NCBI RefSeq assembly: GCF_001447785.1
Contig: NW_015173687.1
Location: 437,362-501,361 of the forward strand
Direction: 5' to 3'
DNA: 64,000 bases
Origin: Gekko japonicus
Lineage: Eukaryota
Shown here: positions 36,321 through 49,409 of the stretch, piece by piece
Position numbering within the stretch: position 1 is the stretch's first letter
Layout: every line of letters begins with the position of its first letter
Translations under genes and position numbers: made by a program
The notes under the pieces: model-generated
What the model was told of the DNA's origin: nothing
Seen by the model: the letters and a program-made list of their open reading frames with translations, nothing else
The model's database searches: none

Positions 36321-39248
36321 GTTCCCCAACTTTTGTTGTACACAGGAAGTCCCCCTGGCACCTCTGGGTAAAAGAACCTCCAGAAGCAGGAGATAGGAAA
36401 GAGAGCTGCAGTCAGCTAGACAAGACAATACTGAGCTAGATCATGGGCTCTTTTTGTAGCAGGTAAGGAGCAGTGAGATGATGCAATAAGGTAGATTTGC
36501 ATCAACTTGGCTCGAATATGATTCTAGAAACCGAGATTTCTTAATTCGAGAGAGCAGGAGTTAGTGCAGTGAGCCAGCAGTTCTTGTTTATTTCATTTAT
36601 TTCATTTGGTTTATCTCCTGCCCTCCCCCGCAAGCGAGCTCAGGACAGGTCATAACATTTCATTAAACATTTCATTAAGTAAACATAAGAGCATTAAAAC
36701 ATAACATATAAAACATAAGCTATAAGACCAAATTTAAATCCAGTCGGAGGGATGGCAACTATTCAAGGCAGTTCATAGTGCCTCCTTCACAATGCTAACG
36801 TAGGTGGTGTTAATAGCGACCAGTTTTCCGTCAATGCTCTGTTGATCTCTATTGGGCAGGGCACATTGTAACAGGCACTGTAAGCACTCTAAGCAGGGGA
36901 GCCAGCAGTTCTTATAATACTATAGAGGGAAGAACTGTGGAATGAATCTATAAAGTCAGGAAACATTTTTTTTTGTTAATTATTCCCCCATCGTGCATCT
37001 TAAGGTGGTGTACACTGGGAGATTCCCAGGAGTTCTCTGATCTAGGCAGCGATCAGCCCAGACCTGCTTTACTTCAGGAAGGCTGCCAGCACATGTGCCT
37101 TCTGACCAAATCCTGGTCCCAGTTTAGGGGAGGCAAGATTTCCACATCCTGGACTATGCGCTGTGCCACTGGATCAACTTAATGCTGCACTTGCCTTGTT
37201 ACAACACAGTGGGTATTTCTTATCATGTACACCATCATTCTGCAACTCATGTCGCAAGACTTCAGCCCCACCTTGAATGTCCTTTTGTTTTTGCCAAGTG
37301 AGATTTTGCAATCGTTTTCCGTATTTTGATTTTTCTCCCCAATGGAGACCCAAAGAGGCTTTCAACATTGTTTTACTCTCCTCCATTTTATTCACACAAC
37401 AATGATCCTGTGAGGCAGGTCAAGGTGAGAGAAAAAGAGAGAGTGGGCCACAGTCACCTAGCAAGGTTCGGCAGCATCATGGGGTCTCCCAGACATTACT
37501 CAGACATTCAGACCACCACATTAGGCTGGCTGTAGCACAGCCCTGTTGAGCAGAGATATGGAGCCAGCCATTTTGTTCGCCAGATGTTAATCCCAGTCTC
37601 AAAAGGGTGTGTTGCCATGTGAGAGAAACTGGGGCTCAGATTTACAAAGCTGCTATGCTGTCATACTTGGACACTGGGCTTCCCCTAATCCAGTGGTTAT
37701 TAAGACTACCTGCTATTCCATGATAATGGAAAAGTTGCTCTTTATGGCCTCAGAGACTGCAGGTGAAGCAGGGGAGGAATCTCAGTGAACCCATATGGGA
37801 CACAGGAATTTAAATAATAAAGAAAAAATAATTCCAGGTCTGCATTCATCCTTCGTCCTCCAGGACCATCAAGTTGTGGACAGAGTGATTTCTTGAATGT
37901 AGGTTAGATAACTGGCCTAAGTCCATGCATATTTCCCATACTAGAGCTCTGTCGATTCCCTGTTGGGCAGCTCTCACGGGGAGGGGGGGGGGCAGACACC
38001 AATCACCTTGTTACTTTCGGTTCCAGTGACTCCACTTGGACATGTCAAGCTGGTGTGAAAAATAGTCACATGCTCCAGGCAGGTGTGGTCAAAAGACACT
38101 TGACACAGCAACCTCCTGTGTACACCACGATAGAAGAAAGCTGTAAAATAAATGCAGCACTAAATACATAATAAAGATATCCAATCAATGATTTTACATG
38201 TTGTCAATGTAATGGTGGAGCCATAAGAAAGAAGTATTGTCCTGGCAAACCACAATATAAGAAGATTATAAAATGGGCTCCAGTTTGCCTTTGGGGGTTC
38301 AGGGTATAAATCAAAAATGTATATCAGGCCTCGGTTCCTGCCAGAGTGCACTGGGCACCACTCCACCAGTCAGGAGCCCAGAGGGCGGGCACATAAGCCC
38401 CGCCCCCTGCTCCCACCAGCCATCAGTTGGGACACGGTGGAGGGGGGGAACGTTACCCTGCCTCCCTGAGCCCCGGGGTGGTGGCCTTGGACTCATAGGG
38501 GCAAATTCCACCTCTCGCGTGTGATGCCACTTGAACATCACACGCAAGAGGTCATTCTGGCTCCCCCAGCTCTCGGGAGGGGCTCTTTAAAAAGTTATGG
38601 CCGCCGCCACTGTTTTCGGCGGCAGCTGCAATGCCCGCGCGGGGGGAGGGGGGAGGCGAAACGTTCCCTTGCCTCCCTGAGCCTCGGGGTGGTGGCCTTG
38701 GACTCGTAGGGCAAATTCCACCTCTCGCGTGTGATGTCTCTGGCGCTGGAGGTATTCACCTCCTTCCCTCCTGCCTGCTATGGCTGCATAATTGTGAGAG
38801 ATTTCTTAACACAGTGTTCCTGCCAGGGAAGCTGGGGACCCTGCCCATGAGTCTCCATTTCATCCTCACAACAACCCTATGGGGTAGGTTAGGTAGAGAA
38901 GGGGAGATTTGGCCTGGGTAACTCAGCCAGCAGAGTGAGAATACAAACCTGGGTCTCCTCACATCAATCTGCAACTCTGACCACTGTGCAGTGCTGCCTC
39001 TACTGATCTGTAATGTTCCAGAGGTGTTGTAATGTAATACTCAGTTTCTCAAACGAGTGTATGCCTGTCTGTTGGTCCACTTAGGAGTCTTGATCCTGGT
39101 TGTGTGGTGGGCTAGTTGTGGCAAATGGTAGGGAAGCTCAGTATTTCTGTATACAGTTGTAGGGGCTTTATTGCAATGCGGTATGGCCTGATATTATGTT
39201 CTTATTCCAGTGTGGGGTGTGTGTGGGGCAATGGAAGCTGAGTGATAG

Positions 39249-39606
39249 TGTAATGTATTGAAATCGCTTGTATGAATCGCCTCATTCACTCCCCATGCAA
39301 AGCTTGAGCCAGACGAAGGCTCCTCCAAACCGCTCTCTCATTGGTCGCCCTCTAGCAGCGACCAATTAGGAACTGCACAAGCTCCAGCGAGGGAAAGACT
39401 CTTATTGGTCTTTAACTACTCAATCTCATTGGTTGTTATCTGTAAATAGGCGTGGCTATATTAGCCCCGTAATGTTTAAAAGGAGCCTTGCTCCCAATGT
39501 TAACCGTTCTGGTTTTGAATGCGTTTGAGTGTTTGTTCGCTACTTCAATAAAGCTAAATCACTGAGCTGAAATCATTCTCCGATCCTTTGTTAGCGTGAT
39601 CTAACA
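39249..39606 (+). mobile_element. Solo LTR
   Basis: TG...CA termini, perfect 5-bp TSD GATAG, CCAAT boxes, AATAAA 39547-39552. Confidence 0.88.
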
Positions 39607-39734
39607 GATAGGGTCTCTCCAAGTGATTCCTAGAAGTGAGATGCGTCCTGGTCTTGTGTCTTACAGATAATCTTACAAATAGTCCTTTGCATTTATATCA
39701 TGCTTTCAACTTTAAAAGGATCATAATGCTGATT

Positions 39735-40025
39735 GTGTGAACTTAGGCAAATCACGAGAGGTAGAGCAGGAAGGGTTGCATCAGTGCTTATGGCCCTTTC
39801 TTACACGCCCAGGGAAATGCTGATCGCCACTTTGGGGCCAGGAAGCAATTTTTCTCCGGGCCAGTTTGGCCCCCCAGTGATCCTGGGGGTTTTTATAATC
39901 ATATTCTGGGCGTGGAACAGGGGTCACTGGGGTGTGTTTGGGATATTGGTGAATTTCCTGCATTGTGCAGGGGGTTGGACTAGATGACCCTGGAGGTCCC
40001 TTCCCACTCTATGTCTACGATTCTA
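39735..40025 (+). mobile_element. CR1-type 3' tail fragment
   Basis: Ends GGGTTGGACTAGATGACCCTGGAGGTCCCTTCC; same family hosts the hAT insertions at 28-31 kb. Confidence 0.7.
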
Positions 40026-40499
40026 TAATTCACCCAGGCTAGCTGTGGGCACGCCAACACCTCTGTCAGGCAGAAGCGCCTGAGATCCTCCCCCTCCCCT
40101 TTTCCTTCACCCGACTTGGAGGTGAAGGGAAGGGAGAGGGGGGAAAGAATGGATCCCAGGTGCTTCTGCCTGTCAGAGGGGCTGGTGCACACTTCTGGTG
40201 ATGTCAGGGTGTGTGGCATATGCTAATAAGTTATGCTAATGAGCTCCTGCAGCTCTTTTTCTACGAAATGACTCCTGAATGTATTTAGTTGTTTAACTCA
40301 TTTATACTGCATCTTTCCCCCCCAATGGGGACTCAAAGCACCTTATATCATTCTCATCTCCATTTTATCCTCACAACAACCCTGCAATGTAGGTTAGGCT
40401 GAGAGAATGTGACTGGCCCAAGGTTACCCAGCAAGCTTCCATGACACAGTAGGGATTTGAACCTGGGTCTTTTAGATAGTAGTCTGATGGTGCAATCCT

Positions 40500-41115
40500 G
40501 TGCAGAGGTACTCCTCTTAGCCTCTCAGTCTTTCTGGACTTTATACCCTCTCTGACATAAAGAGCCACCCCCCCTCCAACCCTTCCCCCCCCCCCATCCT
40601 TCCGATATAATATATAACTGGGAATCACCGTACCCCACTGATTTTCCTCATCGCACCAAGTTTTTGTCAGGCAGTCCATGTCACTAGCCATGGTCTCAGT
40701 AGACATTTTCTATCCACCTCCCTGTAGAAAAGCAACAGGTACCCCCTCATCTCTCCGAGATGAGCCAACCCAAACCAGAGACTTTTCATCTCCTGTCGGC
40801 TTTCTCCCAATATTCAGTTTAAAAACTGCTCTGCCACCTTTTTGATTTTAAGCACCAGCAGCCTGGTTCCTTCTCGGGACAAGTGGAGACCGTCTCGCCT
40901 GTACAGCTCCCTCTTGTTCCAAAAAGCATCCCAGTGCCTAACAAACTTGAACCCTTCCCCCCTACACCATTGTCTCATCCACACATTGAGACTCCTGATC
41001 TGTGCCTGTCTCTCCAGCCCTGCACGTGGAACAGGTAGCACTTCTGAGAAAGCTACCTTGGAGGTCCTGGACCTAGGTTTCCTGCCCAGCAGCCTAAATT
41101 TCTCCTCCAGGACCT
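40500..41115 (-). mobile_element. Internal CR1 fragment (ORF1 SGNH-esterase end plus ORF2 endonuclease start)
   Basis: LNVWMRQWCRGEGFKFVRHW...YRRDGLHLSREG and TW...YILYRKD...GGGVALYVREG. Confidence 0.85.
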
Positions 41116-41688
41116 ACTCCATTCCAAGGACATTCACATCAATGGGTTTAGACTGGAGTAACTGCATAGAATTGCACTGTGAGACACTTAAGAACTGTAC
41201 CACACTGGGTGTAGTGTGAACATAAGAAATATTATGGTGCTTTATGGTTTCAAACGAGACATTTGACTTGAACCTATTGTATGTTCTGTCAATATGCCAA
41301 TAAAGGTTCTGATTGATTGATTGACTTTAACCTATTTGTATTGGGTTCTCACTGGGTAGAAAAATGACAAATAAATGATTCACTAAATAAAATACTTGAA
41401 CACAAGAAAAGCCCTACTCGATCAGAGCAAAGACTGATCTAGTCCAACAGAGTGTTTCTGACAACAGCAAGCCATACACCTTTGGAAACTGCTGAGTGGA
41501 GCCTGATAGTGGTGGGTGGCCTCTGCTATTGTATAATCCCACCATCTGGGATTTAGGGATAGATTACTTCTATATATCATGGAAGTTCCATTTAGGTAGC
41601 ACCACTAATAAATTCCAATAGGCAGGCTTAACCTGTTCTGTAATGCTTTCTCATTTCTGTCTAGACTCAACTCCAGCATCAGTGTTCA

Positions 41689-42083
41689 CAGGGGTCATTT
41701 CGTAGAAAAAGAGGGGCAGGAGCTCATTAGCATAACTTATTTACATATGACACCCCCTGACATCACCGGAAGTGTGTCAGAAGGCAACACCCACCACTCA
41801 GGCTCCACTGGACTGTTTTGGATTCCTAGCTATTGGGGGCAGTGCAGATCTGTCCTCGCAGAGGAGGGAGAGCTTGTACCTAAATAAAACCTGGTCTTAA
41901 AGGTGCCACTGGACTGTTTTGGACCAGGGTGTGGAGGGGAGGGGGGCTCTGCAACTTACCTGGCTGCTTCTTGCTCTAAGGGCTGCTGGGAGAAGGGGGT
42001 GGGGCTTGTTGCATGTGCCTGCCCCCTGGGCTCTTTACTGCCGGAGCTCCACTCCTGTGCCCTCCTGCAGGAAATGACCCCTG
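41689..42083 (+). mobile_element. hAT-type MITE (CAGGGGTCATTT family)
   Basis: Perfect TIRs and perfect 8-bp TSD AGTGTTCA. Confidence 0.92.
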
Positions 42084-42239
42084 AGTGTTCAGTGGCACTT
42101 GAGAACGTGCAGAGTGCGTTTTTCTCATCGCTGAGTTAGTATAGCGAACCCTAACACATCAAGGAATTAAGGAGAAGGTCTAGGTCAACAGGTGCTTTTC
42201 CAGTCTGAGCTGAGCCCCCACCGTATCCTCACAAAATAA

Positions 42240-42980
42240 ACTATCCTGCTTCGAATCGCAACCCTTCAGCAGGAATACGAAAGCAGAGCGACGACGCCTA
42301 ACGCGAGTCGAGTTTTCTGCGACGCGAGCCTGACTCTTTAAGCGGCACTCGGAACAGGGCGGGGCCATGCAAATAAGGGGCGGGGTCGTGGGGGCTGCTG
42401 GGAAAAGGCTGGGGTTCTTCCCACGCGCGGACCTTCATCTGTGCATAAGGACGAGTTCCTAGTAGTGGGTAAGATGGTTTTGGGTTCCTTTGAATGCATT
42501 GGTTGTGGGTGGCTTGATCACGTCGGATGAGAACCCGGGCTTCCGGAAAGACGCAGGACCAAGGCTGAGTTGACGCAGGGGGAGATCTGCGGGGCTTCTT
42601 CTGCGGGATAAGCGCGTGGGTTTTGCTCTATGCTTGGACGGTGATCTTTGTCCCGGACGTGTTTTCTTCTTCCTCCTCCATTCTGTCTTGCAGCTTTCTG
42701 GTCTGTACTTCTGGGGTGAGGGCCAAGAAAAAATTGCTCCTATTTTCGATGTATTTAGTCATTCCTACTGATTTTTATAGTGTGGGAAATGCTTTGCAAG
42801 GACTGCATTCATCCCAGGTAGTGAGGGGTTAATGATTGGCTCATGGGGAGTAAAGTTGAGGTAGGAGAGTGTGGCGCGTTCGTGGTGGCTTCTTGGGGAA
42901 CCGACTCGGTGCTGGGGACCGGCGGCTTGGCTCTTCTCGAGCTCGCTTACCCACCGAATGGAGCCCGGCCGGTGAACTCC
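42240..42980 (+). promoter_or_regulatory. ALAD: CpG island / ALAD promoter and non-coding first exon(s)
   Basis: CpG-dense; GC boxes at ~42357 and ~42377, octamer ATGCAAAT 42367-42374, candidate donors at 42469 and 42716; nearest island upstream of the ALAD ATG. Confidence 0.75.
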
Positions 42981-44246
42981 GCACTACTATATTATTACAA
43001 AGCAACATGCAACTGGGTCTTGGAAGCAAGCCTTCCTGCATTCCAAAGGATTTATGGGCATGCTGGAGGCTTAAGGCTTGCGTTTACGTTCTGGGTAATT
43101 ACTGAAGACTGTAGTTCCCTTTAACGGTTAACCTCTTCGCAGAAATCCTGTTAGCAAAGCGAGACCTTGCGTTTTGGGGGCAGATCTACTACTCGGAATC
43201 CTACTCTGGTCTATTCAGTGGCGCTTATTCCCAGGACAGCGTTCGTAGGATTGCACTGTTTGTTACTCAGCGTTTTGTGGCTTGCGGTTGAACGTGTAAG
43301 CTTAGCCAGTTGCACAAACTAATTGCAATTAAGCACATGACGTGGCCTGGGGTGAGAAGGTGGAGACGCGAAAGTGGTGTTTGATGTGTGATAGATTAGC
43401 TACGTGTGTGAGACTTTTACTGGCTTCTCTCCTTTCCTTTTGCTTTCCCCGGGAACGAGATGTGAATCGTTTTAAGATTGCATGTGAATAGTTTAGGGGC
43501 AGGGATCTGTCTGGTAAGCAACGATCCAAAGCTTTATGTACTCCTAGTAATAATGCTTGAAAACCATAGTAGCAATAGTGTCTAGCGTTCCATGTATATT
43601 GTAGTCCTAACAACAGCCTTGGAAAGTAGACCAAGTAATGTCAATGTAACTAATAACAGTAGATTTGAAGCAGTCCAAAATCAGCCCTGTGCTTAAATTA
43701 CAGAGTTTGTAGCTACCAGCTGCAGCAGTAGTTTTCTTAGGTGGCCTTAAAAGGGGATGGGATGAGACAAAGGGCGGACAGATCTTTCAGTAGGCTTTGG
43801 GCTGCAACACCTAATTGGAGCTTCCAAGTTTGGAGGCAGTGAATACTATTTGCTGAGAGTGCAGGCAGTAGTGTTGCCTTTGTGCCCTGTCTGTGGGCTT
43901 CACAGTTGTATCTGGCCAGCTGTTGTTGATACCAAGATGCCAGAGGTGTTGACACCAAGATGCCAGCAGGGTTTAGCTGCTTATATGATTTTTTTTGGCC
44001 AAGTCTGCGGCTCTCTTCTTTGCAACATGTTTTGTGTTGCAGCAGTTACCGTCTCCTCAGCCTGGCCTTGAGCCCTGACAAAAAGTGAACTGCAGAACAC
44101 ATCCCAGACTTTCTCTCTGCTGTTGTTTTTTTTTTTGTAATGTGTTGCTCTAAAATGTGTAGTTTCATGAGTAGTTACAGACAGGATTTGTAAGTGGCTT
44201 ACTTATTTTTCCTGCTGTTTGTAATGGCTGTTTTCTGTATGTGCAA

Positions 44247-44475
44247 AGAAGAAGAGGAGACTGGATCGATACTCTGCCCTTCACTTGGGATTCTCAGAGC
44301 GGCTTACAATCTCCTTCCCTTCCTCTCCTCACAACAGATACCCTGTGTGGGTGGGACTGAGAGAGCTCTGAGAGAACAGCTCTGATAGAGAACTGTGACT
44401 GACCCAAGGTCACCCAGCTGGCTGCATGTGGAGGAGTGGGGAGTCAGACCTGGTTCTCCCAGATTAGAGTCAGCC
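44247..44475 (-). mobile_element. Squam3-like SINE
   Basis: Reverse complement of 61949-62222. Confidence 0.75.
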
Positions 44476-44573
44476 AAGGTGGTTGGATCCATTTGGTATA
44501 AGTGGAACCTGCTGGAGGGGGTTGGTTCTGAGTGTTTTGCTGAATATTAGTCTCTAAAATTGGTGGTGGAGGA

Positions 44574-44782
44574 AAGTGCCATCAAGTCACAGCTGACTTA
44601 AGGCAGCCCTGTAGGGTTTTCGAGGCAAGTGATTTTCCCAGGTGGTTTTGCCATTGCCTGCCTCTGCATAGCAACCCTGGACTTCCTTGGGGCTCTCCCA
44701 TCCAAGTACTAACTAGGGCTGACCCTGCTTAGCTTCCGAAATCTGATGAGACAAGGCTAGCGTGGTCCATCCAGGTCAGGGT
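44574..44782 (-). mobile_element. 5S rRNA-derived SINE
   Basis: CTCCCATCCAAGTACTAAC...CCCTGCTTAGCTTCCGA reverse 5S head plus RTE-like tail. Confidence 0.7.
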
Positions 44783-45852
44783 AGCAGATCTTGGACTGTA
44801 CTTTGAGACACATAAATGGACTTTAATGTCACAGCAAGTTTTTATTATCTAGGTATTTCTATGCAGCTTCTCTTCCCAATGGGATCCAAAGTGGCTTATG
44901 TACATTGTTCTCACTTCTCTTGTTTATTGTCTTAGAAACAAGGCTGTGGGGTAGGCAAGGCCGAGAGAGTGACTGGCCCAAGGTCACCAAGGGAGCAGAG
45001 TTTAAAATTCCAAAGAAGAGGTGCTGGGCAGTCCTCATACCTCATCCGTGCTGTGCACAGGCTAGATGTGGCTACTTGACAAGGCAGTTAAGGCACTCTG
45101 CGCATCTTCATACTTTGTGGTTCCAGTATCTGAGCCGTGACCTTGAGCCTGGGTTCTGGGATAAGGCCTTGCCTCAAATAAAAGGTCTGCCTACAGCATT
45201 GTTGGGTAATCTTGCAGGGTGCGTGTCTCTCCCCCACCCCCCACCCCGAACTGGATCAATCTTAAAGAAGGTGGGCAGGAAGTAGCCAGGCACCCTCCTT
45301 CATGCCTGGATGCAGACCTACTTTCAAAAGCTGATTCTAGCTGGAAAGCAAGAGGACAGATAATGATGCATTTCTCAAACAAAAAGTGCTTTGATCTGCT
45401 GTAGAAACCACCTCCTGTAAAGCACAGTAGAGAGGAGGGAAATACCTTACACATGCTCAAGGGGACTTCTGTTCATGATATCTTTCTTGTATTCTAAGGC
45501 TGTCTCAGATTAAGCCCTTTCCAGGTAGGCTGCGTGTATCTCAGTTTGATTGCAATTTGTGAGTGAACTGGTGTCCTGTATTATGCCAGAAGTTTACAAA
45601 CTGCTTGCCATAGATGATGATCAGGGATTCCTTCATGTGAAAATAATGAATGGCAGCTGTGCTTCGTAGAATGTGTGCCGCTACTGACCTGCCCAGACAA
45701 TGGGCAGCTGTAATGAATTCTCTGAGGGCAACAGGACTGCACATGGTAGAATATGAGTGTGTAGGAACATGTTCCACATTAAAACCACTCTGCTTGGTGG
45801 CTGTTTATATATTTCAGAATCTCTTCTACCAGAACCCTACTGGTGAGCACTT

Positions 45853-45968
45853 ATGATGCAGCTAGAGTCTCTTTTGCACAGTGGCTACTTCCACCCTGTG
45901 CTGCGCTCGTGGCAGACGTCAGCCACTGCTTTTGACGCCACCAATCTCATCTACCCCATCTTCGTTAC
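45853..45968 (+). CDS. ALAD: ALAD coding exon 1
   Basis: (M)[38 protein letters not shown]|gtaagt; tandem ATG 45853/45856; exon starts 45818. Confidence 0.95.
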
Positions 45969-46644
45969 GTAAGTCAGATGTGCGTTTGTGGAAAGGGGGG
46001 GAATGCGTATCGTTAACCAACTTAGTGCTCAGATCCTTACAATAACCCGTTAAAGTAGGCCAGTATCATCCCCATACTGCAGATAGGAGGGAGCTTAGGG
46101 GGCCAGAGAGAACACCTATAGCTATCAAGTGAACTCATTGGCAGATTTGAGTAGGGGACTGTGGTTAGCTACCACTCAGCAACAGTTCAACTAGAGCTCA
46201 GATCTTGGGCTCTCTGCCTACTGCTGCCTTGCAGTGAGAAGCGTTGAAGTACGCAGCATCCCCTTTTTCTGGGGAGCAAAGCGTCAGACCTCACTAAGTC
46301 ACTGTCAGTAGTCTCCCGGCTGCTGTCATTGGAGGGGTCAGGAGTCCTTCGGTTTACCAGCAGCAAGAATCAGTCAGATCGAAGGAAAGAAAACCTCTGG
46401 CTTCCTTGAGACAGAAACACTGTGACTAGACTGTTGGCAGCATCCTGCCTGTGCAGCTGCTTCCTACTCCCCAAGAGCTGCAGGATCTGGCCCGTGCTGT
46501 ATTGTATTGGATCACTGCAGAAGTGCTTTCTCAGGCTGCCTGCCTTTTCCGCTTCCCTGAGTTGCTTTCAGCCTGAGCCAAGAGCACAGCCCGTACCAGG
46601 CACCTCTGAATGGCTCATCTCTTTCTCCTGTTTAACCCTTTCAG

Positions 46645-46695
46645 AGACAGCCCTGATGCCGTGGAGCCCATTCCCAGTCTCCCTGGCCAGGCCCG
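46645..46695 (+). CDS. ALAD: ALAD coding exon 2
   Basis: DSPDAVEPIPSLPGQAR, 51 nt, GT-AG. Confidence 0.95.
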
Positions 46696-47371
46696 GTAAG
46701 TCATTCAAGGACTCTTTTCATGGGCATGTGGCTTCCCTGTAGATGCATCCGATGCCGCTCCGGTTGTTCTGGGGCTCCCTGCTTGCAGGAAGTTTTGGAG
46801 AGGGAAAGCTGGGAAAGGGTCATAGAGGTCTGTCATCGCTGTTCATTTACAAATGTACAAGTTGAGCAGGGGCAGTTGACAGGCCTCCAGACATACAGCG
46901 CTAAGTCTGCAAAACAGCCAAAGCATCATTTCTCTGGGCCTGGCACAAGGTTGAAACACGGGCCCTGCTCCCATCCCATAATAAAATCTCATGAACCATG
47001 GAAGAAAGATCTATTTAGTTTTTGAAATATCCTTTTTGGTGATAAGGGTTGAAGTTAGGACCAAGTCCTCCTGGAACCCCAGGGCCTGATACGGTGTTCC
47101 GGCCCCGCCCCAGGTATGAGCTCTGAAAGCACCATCAGTTTGTAGCTGATTCTTCCCAGCTGGCTGAAGAACAGATATATCTCTTTGGCTGGCTATATGC
47201 TAATTCAAAATAGTTTCTCTTCTTGCCTTGTACTCTCCAAATTCATTAGCTGGTTTTGGTCTCCATACTCTGGCTAGTAGGTGCATATAGTAACCACCAA
47301 TAGCCATATTTTATTTATTTATTTAAATTTTTATCCCGCCTTCCTGGCCACGGCCAGCTCAGGGTGGCTTA

Positions 47372-47718
47372 AAGGTAAAGGTTCCCTTGCTCGAAAGCCA
47401 GTCGAATCCGACTTTAGGGTTGCGGTGCTCATCTCCGTTTCAAAGCTGAAGAGCCAGCGCTGTCCGAAGACGTTTCCGTGGTCATGTGGCCGGCATGACT
47501 AAACACCAAGGCACATGGAACGCTGTTACCTTCCCACCGAAGTGGTACCTATTTATCTACTTGCAGTTTCTTGCTTTCGAACTGCTAGGTTGGCAAGAGC
47601 TGGAACTAGAAATGGGAGCTCACTCCATCATGCGGCACCCGGGTCTCGAACTGCTGAACTACTGACCTTCCACAGCCTGCAGTTCAGCGTCTTAACCACT
47701 TGAGCCACCGCAGCTCCA
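47372..47718 (-). mobile_element. Full-length Sauria SINE
   Basis: 13-bp TSD TCAGGGTGGCTTA; ACCTTT tail. Confidence 0.9.
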
Positions 47719-49409
47719 TCAGGGTGGCTTACAGCAGATGAAATACAACGGTACATATAAACACGACAACAATTTATATAAATACAATATTAAAATACAA
47801 TATTAAAACCACATATAATAATAATAAAGTTCTAGACATTGTAAAGTCAGCTCCATTCAGCTTCAGATGTCATGGGAAAACGCTTCAGAACAAACACCTT
47901 CTAGCCTCCTTTCACTTAGCTAAGAGTTGATTTTTTCACTTCATGGCCATAACGGTATAAAAGGAGGAAAACGTATGGGAAGGATGAGCCATATTGAAAA
48001 TTCCCACCCCTGTGCCCAGTTTGTTCCAGTAACTCTGACCCAGGAACTTCCTTTGTCCCTCCCATGTGATGTCCTTATTTCACACACATCAGACGAAGGA
48101 ATGTGAGATACAGCTGCAGGAAAACCAATACCTAAGCTCTGTGGGTAACATGTGAATCGAGATAGGGTGGGCTTGGAGAGCACTGCTAGGGGGGTGAGGA
48201 AGGTTTGATGAGGGGGTGGGCATGGCTCCTAAGAGGATTTTGGTGAGTGGAGCTGTCCTTCATTGGGCAAGTAAAGATCTGGTTGGAAATATATTTATTT
48301 CTGAAGCTAGGGTGCAGCTGGTTTCTTCTGGTGAGAGGGAAGAAGGTAATGTGTAGGCGTTGTTGCTTGCCTTTGCCCTGGACTTGCATGGGGAGACGGT
48401 CTCTGGGGCTTGAGAGATAAAGGAGTCTTCAAGGGTAGAGCCAATGCTCTCCTCTCTCCATGAGGGTGCTGGGTTTGGCGCTGCCTCCCCACGATAATGG
48501 CTCTTTTGTTGCTGGCTGCAAATGGAAGTTGAGAGATAAGGTCCATCCCAAGGAATGAGTCCACTCATTTGGTGTCAGATAAAACTCACCCATCCCTAAT
48601 CTGCCCTGGCTGTGTGGGGAGCCCAAAGCTGCTTGAAGGTCTCCAGCCTCGGCTGTGGCGGCGGAATCCGTGTTTATGTTGGCCTGGAAGTTTTAATGAT
48701 GCTGTTAGCTACAAAGGAGGTTGGCCTGAACTTGTACTCTAAAGGAAGACAGGAGATACTTGTCCCTTCTCCCCCAATTCCCTGATGACTTTTAACAGAA
48801 TAGTGTATAATTTCATGTAAAAGCTCATTATTTTAATGTATATGATACCATCAAATATGCATGGTGCTTTACAGAATATCATTTACAAAGTTTAATCCTG
48901 TGACTGTCCTGAGAGGTATGGTAGTGAAACTGTTGCAGGAAATTAGAAGCTTCTCAGGGTCTCTTTAAGAAGTTTGAGGCTGGTGGTACAGGTTTTGCCC
49001 TGCAACAAGCAGTTACAGGACGGTGGCAAATATATTCTAAGACGTGCTCAATAATCTGTGGTGTGGCATTGAGACCCAATACATCTGACCAGAACCCTGC
49101 ATGAACAGACTGCATGTCTGAGAACACCCCCACCCCCCGAATCGTTTGTAAGAGTCACTGATTTTGTGGCAGACCCGACCAGGTGAGTTCTGTGAAGTTG
49201 GTTGAGGTTGGACTGGGAGGTTTTGCTACAGTCACAAAATGATGCCACCTACTGCTTTTCCATCTTGTATGTCTAACTTGCTCCCTACACCCTAGTTTAA
49301 CTGCTTAAGAAGCCAGAGTCCTCCAGGTCCAGCTTTGCTCCATGACGGCATCTCTGTGTGAAGAAAACCCTAATGCCTTGTGTGCTGATCTGACCCTCCT
49401 TCTCCTCAG

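Noticed and set aside
44690-44782. 5S rRNA genes (also 34915, 35640, 61820)
   Set aside because: Diverged, lack proper 5S ends and are fused to SINE bodies
43300-45530. Erythroid-specific ALAD exon 1B with GATA sites
   Set aside because: Scattered GATA motifs and a donor-like site at ~45525 are not enough to place an exon
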